Shown: positions 9,456 to 20,151 of the stretch, in pieces | How the letters are laid out: each line of letters starts with the position of its first letter | Position numbering within the stretch: the stretch's first letter is position 1 | DNA from: Verrucomicrobiota bacterium | Lineage (GTDB): Bacteria > Verrucomicrobiota > Verrucomicrobiia > Verrucomicrobiales > Akkermansiaceae | DNA length: 60,597 nucleotides | NCBI GenBank assembly: GCA_041182265.1 | Contig: JBEGOB010000281.1 | Coordinates: 1-60,597 of the forward strand | Reading direction: 5' to 3' | Notes under the pieces: model-generated | What the model was told of the DNA's origin: nothing | What the model saw: the letters and a program-made list of their open reading frames with translations, nothing else | The model's database searches: none | Translations under genes and position numbers: made by a program

Positions 9456-11729
9456 TCAGGGCGGGTCGATGGTTTTTAAACTTCCATCAAGCGAGATGCT
9501 CGCACCCGGACGCAGCGAGAATTCCCGCACTTGATCACCCACCCGGAGTCTCGCATTTGTCCCGCCAGTGCTCGTAACACGCACACTTGCGAGACGCCCC
9601 GCAGACCAGGTTAGATCAAGTGTAAATCCACCGCGGGCGCACAGGCCACTCACGGACCCGTCCGGCCAAGCCGCAGGTAAGGCTGGCAGCAGATCGATTT
9701 CCCCCGTCTGAGATTGCACAAGCATCTCAGCCACACCGGCCGAAGCACCGAAATTTCCATCAATTTGAAAGGGCGGATGCGCATCGAACAAATTGGGATA
9801 AACTCCGCCGCCGTCGCGCATGTCCGTGCCCACATTATTCACCGCAGTCATGAGATTACGCAGCATGACATAGGCATGGTCGCCATCACGAAAGCGTGCC
9901 CAAAAATTGATTTTCCACGCCCGACTCCAGCCCGTCCCACCATCACCACGGGCACGCAAAGACACCTTCGCCGCCTCAAACAGATCGGGGCTTAGAGAAG
10001 AAATCTGGCGGCCGGGGTGCAGCGCGAAAAGATGCGAAACGTGGCGATGATCATCCTTGGGATTGTCACGATCCGTCTCCCATTCTTGAAGCTGCCCCCA
10101 ACTTCCGATCTTCGGCTTGAGAAGCTTCCCACGCATGGTGGCGATCTTATCTCGATAGGCCCGATCCAGGCCGAGCTTATCGGCAGCCTCGACATAGTTC
10201 GTGAAAAGATCATAGATAATCTGCTGGTCGTATGAGACTCCGGCTTCGACAGGACCATGCTCAGGCGACCATCCCTTGGGCGCGACCAAGGTGCCATCCG
10301 GCCTTTCCATGAGTGCGTCCTCCCAGAATTGGCAAACTTCCTTAATCACCGGATATGCGATATCACGCAGATAGGCAAGATCTCCGGTGAATGCATAATG
10401 CTCCCAAAAATGCAGGGCATACCACGCACTGCCGGGCGGATTCCAAACAAAACTGCCGCCGCCGTGAATGCCATTTTCCGTGCGCACCGTCCATCCGCGC
10501 GACTTAGGATATTCCTCACGCGTCCGCTCCCGATAGACAGGAATCTGGCTCCGCACGTAGTGGAGGAATGGTAAGTGAAGCTCACTCAAATTCGTCGGTT
10601 CCGCCAACCAATAATTCATCTGCACATTGATGTTGGAGTGGTAGTCACTGCGCCACATCGGCTTATTCGATTCATTCCAAAGCCCTTGCAAATTCGCAGG
10701 CAGACCACCCCGAGAAGAACTGATGAGCAGATAGCGGCCATACTGGACAAACATTTCCTCCAACTGTGGGTCCCTCGTTTTGTCACGGGTGTAGGCGAGC
10801 AAGCGCTGGTCCGTTGGCTTTCCCGCGATCACTGAATCGCTCTTACCAAGACTCAATTGGAAGCGTTTGAAAAGCGACTGATAGTCCACAATGTGTTCTC
10901 GAAAAACGTCCTGCAGCGCATCAACACGCACCGCATCAACGCGTCGTGTAAGCTCCGCGTGAGGATGCACACCGCGCCATCCCTTCGCAGCATCCGGCGT
11001 ATAATTCGTATCTGCGGCGAGCACTAAGGTCAGACTGTCGCAAGCTTCGAAAACAAGACTGACAGCAGGCAATTTCACATGTTGCGCACCAGGCACACCC
11101 GCGAGCGGATTGGATTCGGAAGGTGGACCTGAGTTCTCCACACGCAGTTTACCACCCTTGGAAAACACCGCAAGCTGCGCCTCATATTCCAGCCCATTTT
11201 CAAGCCGCCCCACCGCGGTGATGCGCGAGCCATCGGCAGTGATTTTCGCGTCATGCATGTCCGTGAGCCACAGGCGTCCCGTGTAGCCGCCCGGCTGATC
11301 CGCACCGAAGTGCTTCACCATCACCTTCGCCGGATGGCTGATCAAAGCGGTGCGCTCGTAACGCTTCCCCCCGCTCACATAGCGCACACGCTGGACCGCT
11401 CGCGAAATATCCAACTCGCGACGGTAGTCGGTCGGTGCAGCGTGGTTGAGCTGAATGAAAATATCACCGAATGCCTGATAGTGGCCTGTGTCCTTTTCAT
11501 GCCCGGTCCAAAGGCTGTTCACATTGAACTGGATCCGCTCCGTGTCCGTGCGTCCAAAAACCATCGCACCAAGTGAGCCATTGCCGAGCGGCAGCGCCTC
11601 GGTCATCCATGAGCGTGCGGGCTGCGAATACCAAAGAACGGATTCCGCACGAGGCACGGACTCTGCCGCTGCAAATGCAATCAACGCCAAGGCGCTGAAA
11701 AACCCTGAAAAAATTTTGATCAACATCAT
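9456..11729 (-). CDS. Glycoside hydrolase family 95 (alpha-L-fucosidase / alpha-L-galactosidase), exported
   Basis: ALPLGNG, YGRYLLISSSR, PANLQGLWN, DYHSNINVQMNYW, SPEHG, HRHVSHL, HPPFQIDGNFG. Signal peptide. Confidence 0.93.
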   Translation of the reverse strand: MMLIKIFSGFFSALALIAFAAAESVPRAESVLWYSQPARSWMTEALPLGNGSLGAMVFGRTDTERIQFNVNSLWTGHEKDTGHYQAFGDIFIQLNHAAPTDYRRELDISRAVQRVRYVSGGKRYERTALISHPAKVMVKHFGADQPGGYTGRLWLTDMHDAKITADGSRITAVGRLENGLEYEAQLAVFSKGGKLRVENSGPPSESNPLAGVPGAQHVKLPAVSLVFEACDSLTLVLAADTNYTPDAAKGWRGVHPHAELTRRVDAVRVDALQDVFREHIVDYQSLFKRFQLSLGKSDSVIAGKPTDQRLLAYTRDKTRDPQLEEMFVQYGRYLLISSSRGGLPANLQGLWNESNKPMWRSDYHSNINVQMNYWLAEPTNLSELHLPFLHYVRSQIPVYRERTREEYPKSRGWTVRTENGIHGGGSFVWNPPGSAWYALHFWEHYAFTGDLAYLRDIAYPVIKEVCQFWEDALMERPDGTLVAPKGWSPEHGPVEAGVSYDQQIIYDLFTNYVEAADKLGLDRAYRDKIATMRGKLLKPKIGSWGQLQEWETDRDNPKDDHRHVSHLFALHPGRQISSLSPDLFEAAKVSLRARGDGGTGWSRAWKINFWARFRDGDHAYVMLRNLMTAVNNVGTDMRDGGGVYPNLFDAHPPFQIDGNFGASAGVAEMLVQSQTGEIDLLPALPAAWPDGSVSGLCARGGFTLDLTWSAGRLASVRVTSTGGTNARLRVGDQVREFSLRPGASISLDGSLKTIDPP

Positions 11730-11997
11730 AGGATAGCGAAAACTGAGACTTCCGGGATTTGATCGACCGGAGGGACCGCTTTCAAGTCTGCTTCTTGAAA
11801 AACTCACGCCGGCGCGCAAGCGATGCATCTGCGATGGGTGAGCCGCGGCATCGAGTCCTGCCTTGACCGCTTCCACGTGCCACAGCATCGTCCGCGCCAT
11901 GCAAACCGCCATAGTTCGCGACCTGCCAAGTCAGCTTGCCAAAGAGCTTGCCGGCTCCGGTGTTGTGGGAAATTTCCGCGCCTCGCCTTGACTCACC

Positions 11998-12501
11998 ATG
12001 CGCGTCCTCTCCATCGACCCAGCAGTTCGCAACACCGGCTACGCCCTCCTCGAGGGAGATCCGCGGAAACCGACGGTGCTCGCGTTCGACGTGATTTCCA
12101 TCCCGAAAACTGTCATCCAATCCGCCGCACTTTCGGCCATCAAGACGCACCTCACTCATATTATCCAAAAGTTTCAGCCCGACGAGGTCGCCGTCGAGGG
12201 CATCATCTACGTCCAGTCGCACAAGACCGCCATTTCCATGGGAGCCGCCCGCGCCGCCGCGCTCATCGCTGCCGCAGACCACGGCCTGAAAATTTACGAA
12301 TACTCCCCGAAGAAAGTTAAAATGGCCGTCGTCGGCAATGGCAATGCCGACAAAAGCCAAGTCGCATTCATGGTCCGCGCCATCCTCGGCCTCGCTGAAA
12401 CTCCGCCGTCCGACGCCGCAGACGCACTCGCCATCGGCATGGCACACCTTCAAGCGTCCGATCCACTCAAGGCGAAACTCCTCGAGCGCCGCCTCGTGTA
12501 A
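11998..12501 (+). CDS. ruvC: Holliday junction resolvase RuvC
   Basis: VLSIDP, VAVE, VKMAVVGNGNADKSQV, DAADALAI. Confidence 0.95.
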   Translation: MRVLSIDPAVRNTGYALLEGDPRKPTVLAFDVISIPKTVIQSAALSAIKTHLTHIIQKFQPDEVAVEGIIYVQSHKTAISMGAARAAALIAAADHGLKIYEYSPKKVKMAVVGNGNADKSQVAFMVRAILGLAETPPSDAADALAIGMAHLQASDPLKAKLLERRLV

Positions 12502-12525
12502 ATCCACACTCAACCCGCACCCACC

Positions 12526-13143
12526 TTGCTGGAAATTCTCCACCTCCCCGCACCCATCGACTACGCCGCAGGCCTCAGCCTCCAGCAGACGCAGGTGGAC
12601 TCGATCCTCGACGGCAGCGGACACGACACGATTTTTCTGCTGGAGCACCTGCCTGTTTACACGATTGGCCGTCTCCGCGACCGCTCGTCCCTGCGTGATC
12701 CAGCCTCCCTCCCGCACGCCGTCCATGAGACAAACCGCGGCGGCCAAGCCACCTACCACGGCCCCGGCCAACTCGTCGGCTATCCGATCCTCAATCTCAC
12801 ACCACGCGGCAAAGATCTTCACGAACACCTGCGGAAACTCGAAGAAGCACTCATCCGCGCCTGCCAAAGCTTCGGCGTGCAAGCCTGCCGCCGCGACGGC
12901 CTCACCGGAGTCTGGGTGGAAAATCGCAAGCTCGCATCCATCGGCGTCGGCGTCCGCAAATGGGTTTCCATGCACGGCTTCGCCATCAACATCACCCAGG
13001 AATCCCTCTCGCCCTTTTTCGCCATCACCCCGTGCGGCATCGACGGAGTCTCGATGAGCTGCCTGGAAACCGAAGCTGGCCAGCTCATCACCGTCGCACA
13101 AGCCGCAGACGTCATCGCCCACGAACTCCGCGCCCAATTCTAA
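12526..13143 (+). CDS. lipB: Octanoyltransferase LipB
   Basis: LLEHLPVYTIGR, RGGQATYHGPGQLVGYPI, KLASIG, HGFAIN, ITPCGI. TTG start. Confidence 0.95.
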   Translation: MLEILHLPAPIDYAAGLSLQQTQVDSILDGSGHDTIFLLEHLPVYTIGRLRDRSSLRDPASLPHAVHETNRGGQATYHGPGQLVGYPILNLTPRGKDLHEHLRKLEEALIRACQSFGVQACRRDGLTGVWVENRKLASIGVGVRKWVSMHGFAINITQESLSPFFAITPCGIDGVSMSCLETEAGQLITVAQAADVIAHELRAQF

Positions 13144-13145
13144 AC

Positions 13146-13763
13146 ATGCCTGACCTATCCTTGGAAATAGCGCTGCACGCACGCGGCCTGCAATGGGTCG
13201 CCGGGATTGACGAAGCTGGCCGTGGCCCGCTCGCCGGTCCCGTAGCCGCCGCCGCCGTGATTTTACCCCCCGGTTTCGCATGCCCTGGCCTCGACGACTC
13301 GAAAAAGATTTCCCCCGCCAAGCGCGAGTTGCTCTACCTCCACCTCACCCGCCACCCGGACATCCACTGGGCCGTCGCCACCGCGGATCATGATGAAATC
13401 GACCGCCTCAACATCCTCCGCGCCACCCACCTCGCCATGCGCCGGGCCGCAGAGGCCATCACCCCGACTCCTCAGCATTGCATCATCGATGGGCTGCCTG
13501 TGAAAAATTTCCCGTTTCCGCACGACGGAATCATCACAGGCGACGGCCGATCCCTCTCGATCGCCGCCGCCAGCATCATCGCCAAAGTCACCCGTGACCG
13601 CATCATGCATGAGATCGACCGCGAGTTCCCGCAGTTTGGATTCGCCAAGCACCAAGGCTACGGCACCGCCGCCCACCTCGCAGCACTCCGTCTCCACGGA
13701 CCCTGCCGCCACCACCGCCGCTCGTTCCGGCCCGTCGCCCAACTCGATTTACCGCTCAACTGA
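13146..13763 (+). CDS. rnhB: Ribonuclease HII
   Basis: AGIDEAGRGPLAGPV, DDSKK, IIDG, SIAAASIIAKVTRD, GYGT..H. Confidence 0.95.
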   Translation: MPDLSLEIALHARGLQWVAGIDEAGRGPLAGPVAAAAVILPPGFACPGLDDSKKISPAKRELLYLHLTRHPDIHWAVATADHDEIDRLNILRATHLAMRRAAEAITPTPQHCIIDGLPVKNFPFPHDGIITGDGRSLSIAAASIIAKVTRDRIMHEIDREFPQFGFAKHQGYGTAAHLAALRLHGPCRHHRRSFRPVAQLDLPLN

Positions 13764-13795
13764 CGGCCACGCGCCCCACGAAATCCCCCCCAGAT

Positions 13796-14254
13796 TTGAA
13801 ACGCAACCGATACCGGAAACTCGTCGCATGGCTCGTCGGGCGCTTCAGCCGACCGCTCAACACGCCCACGTGCCTAGTCACCCGAGACGGCCTGCAGCGC
13901 ACTAGAAACTGGATCGGAGCCTATGGCGAAAAGGTCGCCGCCGACTGGCTCCGCGCCCATGGTTGCGCGATTCTTGCCAGAAATTTCCGTGGCCCGCGCA
14001 AAGGCGAAGTGGACATCATCGCTCGCGACGGAAAATTGCTGCTATTTGTCGAAGTCAAGACCCGCCGCAAAGACAGCAAAATCCGAGGCTTTGACGCCGT
14101 TGGAAAGGACAAGCAAGCGCTCATCGAACGCGGCGCAAACGCATGGCTGAAAAGTTTACGCACCCGCGATCTGCCATGGCGCTTCGACGTCATCGAAGTG
14201 GTCTATGAACCGGGCAAGCTCCCGAAAATCAACCAAATCAAGGACGCGTTCTAA
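13796..14254 (+). CDS. yraN: YraN family protein
   Basis: GAYGE, ARNFR..KGEVDII, FVEVKTR, RFDVIEV. Adjacent to rnhB as usual. Confidence 0.88.
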   Translation: MKRNRYRKLVAWLVGRFSRPLNTPTCLVTRDGLQRTRNWIGAYGEKVAADWLRAHGCAILARNFRGPRKGEVDIIARDGKLLLFVEVKTRRKDSKIRGFDAVGKDKQALIERGANAWLKSLRTRDLPWRFDVIEVVYEPGKLPKINQIKDAF

Positions 14255-14311
14255 GCCGCCCGATCAAGCTTGCGGGCCGCGCTCACCTCGCCCACCCTCC
14301 GCCGCAGCTTC

Positions 14312-15331
14312 ATGGAAAATTTCTCGGATTCAAAAGCTTGGCTCGCAAGGCGCGACGGCAGCATGGTCATCGGCCACGGCCCATTTTCAGCCTCCGCCAC
14401 ACCGCCCACGGATGGCGTCGCATTCTACGTCCAAGACTTCGCACTTCAGGATGAAAAACCGTGGAAAACCCCGAGCCGCATCGAGCGCACAAGCAGCGCG
14501 GAGGCCGCATCCCGCCTGAGCGCATCTCCCACGCCATCCTGCTCGTGGGCCCCGATGGATGCGGTCCCATTTTCCGTGATTTTCCAAGAAATCATGGCAG
14601 CCATCCATGACGGCCACTTCGAGAAAACCGTGCCAGTCGTCACCGAACATGGCATCGCCTCGGACGCCCCCGGCCCGGCGATCCGTGCCGCCATGATTCG
14701 CCAAGCCGCCCCACTCCAGTCCTACGGATGGACGCACGAGCGCCAAGGCTTCGCCGGAGCTACCCCAGAACTGCTCTTCTCACTCCAAGGCGAGCACCTC
14801 GAAACCATGGCCCTCGCCGGCACCGCAAAAAGCGACGATCGCGAGGTCTTCGCCGTGGACGAAAAGGAAATCCGCGAACACGAATACGTCGCACAAACTT
14901 TAGTTTCAAAACTCCTCGACCTTGGCGAGGTGGACCGCTTCTCCCGTGAAATCCTCGACCTCGGGACGATCGTTCATTTCCTCACACTCATCCGCCTCAA
15001 GTTAAAAACGCAGCAAAGCCCGGAAACTCTCATCCGCCGACTTCACCCGACCCCCGCGCTCGGGCCGCTCCCACGCAATCCGGAGACTCTCGGAATGCTT
15101 TTTGACTGGCGCCAACGCCTCGACTGCCCGCCCCAGTTTGGCGCGCCCTTCGGGCTCTGGGACCAAGGCCGCTTCGATGCCGTCGTCTGCATCCGCGGCA
15201 TTTGGTGGGATGACACAAAGCTCTCACTGCCAGCCGGATGCGGCATCATCGAACCCAGCCGACTGGTCAACGAGTGGCGGGAACTCCGGCTCAAGCGAGA
15301 AGCGGTGAAACGCTACCTCGCCCAGCCGTAA
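14312..15331 (+). CDS. Chorismate-binding enzyme, isochorismate synthase (MenF)-like
   Basis: EKTVP, GATPELL, ALAGT, KEIREH, LHPTPAL, AGCGI, EWRELRLK. Confidence 0.8.
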   Translation: MENFSDSKAWLARRDGSMVIGHGPFSASATPPTDGVAFYVQDFALQDEKPWKTPSRIERTSSAEAASRLSASPTPSCSWAPMDAVPFSVIFQEIMAAIHDGHFEKTVPVVTEHGIASDAPGPAIRAAMIRQAAPLQSYGWTHERQGFAGATPELLFSLQGEHLETMALAGTAKSDDREVFAVDEKEIREHEYVAQTLVSKLLDLGEVDRFSREILDLGTIVHFLTLIRLKLKTQQSPETLIRRLHPTPALGPLPRNPETLGMLFDWRQRLDCPPQFGAPFGLWDQGRFDAVVCIRGIWWDDTKLSLPAGCGIIEPSRLVNEWRELRLKREAVKRYLAQP

Positions 15332-15341
15332 TCCAAACCCA

Positions 15342-16715
15342 TCAGCGGTCGCGCCCGCCACCACGGCGGCCGTCCCACATGCTACGACCCTCCAAAATCC
15401 GCTCCTTCGCCTCGTCCGAGAGACTTGCGCTTCCTTGGACATAAGCCTTCGCCGCATCCGCGTCTTCACGCATCCAACGCATCGCTGCAACGCCCACCGT
15501 CCGGCTGCGGTCACCCTCATCCGTGATCGACTCCGCCACGCGGATCAACTCCGCTGGCGCGCTCGTATTATTGCTCCAAACGTAGGCCTGCGCCGCACTG
15601 TCACGGATCGGTCCAGGCTGATAGGAATTCACAAAAGCCAAGGCATTCGCCGGGCTCTGGCTGGTCCAAGTCGGCATCAAATCACGCATCGCACGACGTT
15701 GCGCATCCTCGCTCTGGCTACGCACAAAGTCCGCAGCCGCCTGCGTGTCTTGTCGCGCAAGACCACCTGCAATCACCGAAATCAACCGATCTTTTTCATC
15801 CCCATCCGCCATTCCCGCGACTTGCTGGGACGCCGCCTGAGGATCTTTATTCGCAAGCCCACCAATCGCCGCAGCCATGGCCGCCGCCTGCTCACCCGCT
15901 GGCAAAGTCCGAATCCAATTTTGCGCCTCCGCGAAATCCAGCGCACCGTATTGCGCCGCCACTGAGCGATACGCACCCGCCTGATCCCCAGCGTCCATCA
16001 GAGAAACCATTTCCGCCGCCTTGCGCGGATCCGTCTTGGCGACTTCACCCACAACCGACGCCATGGCCTGACCCTTGCCGTTTGTCAGAGAACTTGCCCA
16101 TGCCATCGCCGCCGCAGGATCTTGCCGCGCCCACTCGCTCGCAATGATCGATGCCGCGCCTTGTCCGCCCATCGGTCCACGCCCGCCGCCCATCATGTCC
16201 ATCATCGCGAATTCCCGTGGATTTTCCCCGTAATACTTCGCCGCATTTGCCGGGTCCACGCTGGCCCAACTTTGTAAAATCGTTGGCCGCACGAAGCCAC
16301 CAGCCATGCCCATCGTGTTGGAAAACGCCATGGCCGCCGTCGGATCCACCTCTGCCCAGCGCCCGAAAAGAAGAAAGGACGCCATGATCCGCTCATTCAT
16401 CGGCAGCCCATCCAACTTGGCCGCCTCATCCGCAAGCTGACTCGGAGTGAGACTCGCGTAAAATTCCATCAATGCCTGCACCCGTGAGGAATTCCCCGGC
16501 ATCCGTGCGATTTGATCCGTGCTTCCTGCGCGGCTCGCCTTCTTCGCGGCATCGGCCGCCGTCGCGCCATCTGCCCGAGAAGACGAGCGTGACCGCTGTG
16601 CCGAGCTCTCAAGCGCTGCAACGCCCGCCGTATCCGACGAGCCTTTCCCAGAAATATATCCGCCAGCAGCTCCCACTGCCAACGCCGCCACAGGCACCAT
16701 CCAATTCGTTTTCAT
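15342..16715 (-). CDS. Exported alpha-helical repeat protein (WxxxDPxAA repeats)
   Basis: N-terminal anchor AALAVGAAGGY. Repeats WAEVDPTAA, WASVDPANA, WARQDPAAA, WMREDADAA. Confidence 0.7.
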   Translation of the reverse strand: MKTNWMVPVAALAVGAAGGYISGKGSSDTAGVAALESSAQRSRSSSRADGATAADAAKKASRAGSTDQIARMPGNSSRVQALMEFYASLTPSQLADEAAKLDGLPMNERIMASFLLFGRWAEVDPTAAMAFSNTMGMAGGFVRPTILQSWASVDPANAAKYYGENPREFAMMDMMGGGRGPMGGQGAASIIASEWARQDPAAAMAWASSLTNGKGQAMASVVGEVAKTDPRKAAEMVSLMDAGDQAGAYRSVAAQYGALDFAEAQNWIRTLPAGEQAAAMAAAIGGLANKDPQAASQQVAGMADGDEKDRLISVIAGGLARQDTQAAADFVRSQSEDAQRRAMRDLMPTWTSQSPANALAFVNSYQPGPIRDSAAQAYVWSNNTSAPAELIRVAESITDEGDRSRTVGVAAMRWMREDADAAKAYVQGSASLSDEAKERILEGRSMWDGRRGGGRDR

Positions 16716-16791
16716 ATTAGTTAAGATTTCAGCGGAACCCCGCAAATTTTCCACAGTTGCGAGAAATTTCCCGGCACTCGCGGTTCACACC

Positions 16792-17181
16792 TCATGCGGA
16801 CTCCAAAATCAGATTCCCATACGCTGTCGGATCTCCCGTCCGGATCAAACCGATCGCCCCCGGCACCCGCTTTTTGAAGGCAATATGCGGCTCGCGCTCC
16901 AACGGAATTCCTCCAATGGACTTGCCAAATCGCGCCTGCACCTCCTCAGAGTTCGTCGCTAAAAACTCCTCCGCCTGCCAAATTTTCCCAATTTTGAAAA
17001 CCGGCGTCAACAAGTCCAAAACATCCAACACCGTCGGAATCCCCAATGTCAGAGAGATATCCACCGTCTCAATCTCCGGCCAATACGGAAATGCCCAATC
17101 GGCAATCACCAAGGTGTTGGTGTGACGGATGCGTGCGAGAAGGTCGAGAACGTGAGGATTGATGATTCCGGATTGGAGCAT
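16792..17181 (-). CDS. RbsD/FucU family sugar mutarotase/pyranase
   Basis: RIRHTNTLVIAD..FP with the catalytic His, and IRTGD..YGNLIL. Confidence 0.88.
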   Translation of the reverse strand: MLQSGIINPHVLDLLARIRHTNTLVIADWAFPYWPEIETVDISLTLGIPTVLDVLDLLTPVFKIGKIWQAEEFLATNSEEVQARFGKSIGGIPLEREPHIAFKKRVPGAIGLIRTGDPTAYGNLILESA

Positions 17182-17252
17182 GGTCAGGCAATAGGTTGAG
17201 GCCGCAAATCATCATCGCCAAAGCCAATCCGTCAAGCCGCGCGGTCACCTCA

Positions 17253-18119
17253 TCACCGCCGCATCGACTGCCGGAACCGCGAGGGCGGCGCATGATGGAC
17301 CGACTTAAAAACCCGCGAAAAATGAAATGGATCCTTGAATCCCAACTGCACCGCCACCTCTTGCACCGTCACATCCGTCGCCAACAACAACTGCGAGGCC
17401 CGCTCCATCCGCAGCCGCGTCAAATACTGATAAGGCGTCTCATCGTGAAACCTCGCGAACAATCGGCACAAATAAGGCGCATCCAAGCCACACCCAGCCG
17501 CGATTTCGCTGAGCTTCCTCAAGCCCATAAAATTCGCCCCAATGAAATCACGAATCCGCGTGTACGTCGCAAACGCCAAACTCTCCGCATCCCCCAAATC
17601 CGTCGCATCATCCCGACACATCAACACCAACTGACGCGTCAACAAGCCACACAATGGCCCCGCCCATTTCGACTTACGCACGCCGCGGTCAATCAGTGTG
17701 TCGAAGGTCCGCCGAATCAACTCGCCCTTCAAACACCGAGAAATCGCCCCAGGCTGCATCTCACACTCGTCCAAGAAACGCTCAACTCCCGCCCCACTGA
17801 ACCCCACAAAATACTTCCCCAGCGGCGCACTCGCCGAACTCTCAATCCGGTGCGGCATCCCCGGACCATACAGAAAAAAACTTCCCGGGCGCAGCTCTTC
17901 TTTCACCCCACCCATGCACAAACTCCCCGTCCCACGACTCACAAATTCCAAGGTGAACCACGGAAAATCCTGACGATCAATCCGGTAGTCCGCACCGCAA
18001 TTCTCAAAACCACCAAACACCACCGCAAACTCAAACGCCGGATCCACATCCAAAAAAAACAATCGCGACGACTCAACTTGCTGCGAAATATAGGAGTTTG
18101 GCGCTTGGTTCTCGTTCAC
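17253..18119 (-). CDS. AraC family transcriptional regulator
   Basis: Cupin sensor (GPGMPH), C-terminal YLCRLF..TPYQYL..LRM and [14 protein letters not shown]. Start uncertain (GTG 18119 or further upstream). Confidence 0.9.
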   Translation of the reverse strand: MNENQAPNSYISQQVESSRLFFLDVDPAFEFAVVFGGFENCGADYRIDRQDFPWFTLEFVSRGTGSLCMGGVKEELRPGSFFLYGPGMPHRIESSASAPLGKYFVGFSGAGVERFLDECEMQPGAISRCLKGELIRRTFDTLIDRGVRKSKWAGPLCGLLTRQLVLMCRDDATDLGDAESLAFATYTRIRDFIGANFMGLRKLSEIAAGCGLDAPYLCRLFARFHDETPYQYLTRLRMERASQLLLATDVTVQEVAVQLGFKDPFHFSRVFKSVHHAPPSRFRQSMRR

Positions 18120-18327
18120 GCACTCATTCTGGACCGATTCAAAATTCCTCATCAAGACAAAATTAGACATCCTTGCAAATTCAGCATGTCTTAAAAACAT
18201 CGCTATCCATCGCGCAATCCCGCTTGACATCTGGCCCGCAGAATCGCGTTTTCCTTTCAGTTACAAATTAAATCACAGACTCAACTCGGACCAACACCCC
18301 GGGCAAGCTCTCAATCACACTCGATCC

Positions 18328-20109
18328 ATGACTTCCACAGTTTATCCAAAAATCGGCATCCGTCCCGCCATCGACGGTCGCCTCGGTGGCGTCCGCGAGT
18401 CGCTCGAAGCACGCACCATGCAACAAGCGCAAGCCGTTGCAGACCTCATCGCCGCCGAGCTCCGCTACCCAGACGGCAGCCCCGTCCAATGCGTCATCGC
18501 AGAGACCTGCATCGGCGGCGTGAAGGAAGCCGCCGCTTGCGCGGATCAATTCAAGAATTCAAACGTCGGCGTCTCGCTCACCGTGACCCCGTGCTGGTGC
18601 TACGGCTCGGAGACGATGGACATGGACCCGCACTTGCCCAAGGCCATCTGGGGCTTCAACGGCACCGAGCGCCCCGGCGCAGTCTATCTCGCCGCAGTCC
18701 TCGCCGGACACACGCAAAAAGGCCTCCCCGCCTTCGGCATCTACGGCAAGGACGTCCAAGCCGCCACCGACACATCCATCCCCGCAGACGTCCGCCAAAA
18801 ACTCCTCGCCTTCATCCGCTGCGGCCTCGCCGTTGCCCTCATGCGCGGCAAAAGCTACCTCTCCATGGGTGGCACATCCATGGGCATCGCCGGTTCTGTC
18901 GTGGACACCGCACTCTGGGAAAAATGGCTTGGAATGCGCGTCGAAGCCATTGACCTCACGGAGTTTGTCGGTCGCATGCGCAAAACCCAATATGACTCCG
19001 CAGAATACGAAAAAGCACTCGCCTGGGTCAAAACACACTGCCCGGAAGGCACCGACTACAACTCTCCCTCAAGCACACGCTCGCGCGAACAAATCGACTC
19101 GGAATGGGAAGATAGCGTGAAAATGACGCTCATCGCCCGCGATTTGATGATCGGAAATCCCAAACTCGCCGAAATGGGACTCGGCGAGCAGGCACACGGA
19201 CACAACGCCATCGCCGCAGGATTCCAAGGCCAACGCCAATGGACCGACCACTTCCCCAACGGCGACTTCCTCGAAGCGATCCTCAATTCTTCCTTCGACT
19301 GGAACGGCAAACGCCCGCCCTACATCGTCGCCACCGAGAACGACGCGCTCAACGGCGCAGGCATGCTCATGGGACACCTCCTCACAAACAGCGCGCAAAT
19401 CTTCGCCGACCTCCGCACCTATTGGAGCCTCGACGCCATCACCGAAGCCACCGGCCAAACGTTTCAACACCCACAAATCGCCGACGGCATCCTCCACCTC
19501 ATCAACTCCGGGCCTGCCGCGCTCGATGGCACGGGCGAGCAGGAAATCAACGGCCAACCCGCCATGAAGCCGTTCTGGGAAATCACCGACACCGAGGTGG
19601 AAAAATGCCTCAAAGCCACCACCTGGCACCCTTCTGTCACCGAATATTTCCCCGGCGGCGGTCTCAGCACTCGCTTCCGCACTCGCGGCGGCATGCCCGC
19701 CACGATGATCCGCCTGAACCTCGTCGGCGGCCTCGGCCCCGCACTCCAAATCGCGGAAGGTCACACCGTGGATCTCCCGGATGACATCCACGACGCGCTC
19801 GACCAACGCACCAATCCAACATGGCCGACCACTTGGTTTGCCCCCATCCTCACCGGCAAGGGCGCATTCACCAGCGCCTACGAAGTCATGAACCACTGGG
19901 GCGCAAACCATTGCGTCATGACCTACGGCCACGTCGGCGATCTTTACATCACGCTCGCCGCCATGCTCCGCATCCCGGTTTATATGCACAACGTCCCCGA
20001 TGCCCGCGTCTTCCGCCCCAGCGCTTGGAATGCATTCGGCACCGCTGACTTGGAAGGTGCAGATTTCCGCGCCTGCCAAAACTACGGCCCACTTTACGGA
20101 AAAATCTAG
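18328..20109 (+). CDS. fucI: L-fucose isomerase
   Basis: [64 protein letters not shown]. Confidence 0.97.
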   Translation: MTSTVYPKIGIRPAIDGRLGGVRESLEARTMQQAQAVADLIAAELRYPDGSPVQCVIAETCIGGVKEAAACADQFKNSNVGVSLTVTPCWCYGSETMDMDPHLPKAIWGFNGTERPGAVYLAAVLAGHTQKGLPAFGIYGKDVQAATDTSIPADVRQKLLAFIRCGLAVALMRGKSYLSMGGTSMGIAGSVVDTALWEKWLGMRVEAIDLTEFVGRMRKTQYDSAEYEKALAWVKTHCPEGTDYNSPSSTRSREQIDSEWEDSVKMTLIARDLMIGNPKLAEMGLGEQAHGHNAIAAGFQGQRQWTDHFPNGDFLEAILNSSFDWNGKRPPYIVATENDALNGAGMLMGHLLTNSAQIFADLRTYWSLDAITEATGQTFQHPQIADGILHLINSGPAALDGTGEQEINGQPAMKPFWEITDTEVEKCLKATTWHPSVTEYFPGGGLSTRFRTRGGMPATMIRLNLVGGLGPALQIAEGHTVDLPDDIHDALDQRTNPTWPTTWFAPILTGKGAFTSAYEVMNHWGANHCVMTYGHVGDLYITLAAMLRIPVYMHNVPDARVFRPSAWNAFGTADLEGADFRACQNYGPLYGKI

Positions 20110-20151
20110 CCCACCCACCCGTAATTCTCTAGTCATCAGAAAATTCAGCCC

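Noticed and set aside
11782-13281. 499-aa antisense ORF across ruvC-lipB-rnhB
   Set aside because: Overlaps three confident genes; stop-codon scarcity is expected at this GC content and skew.
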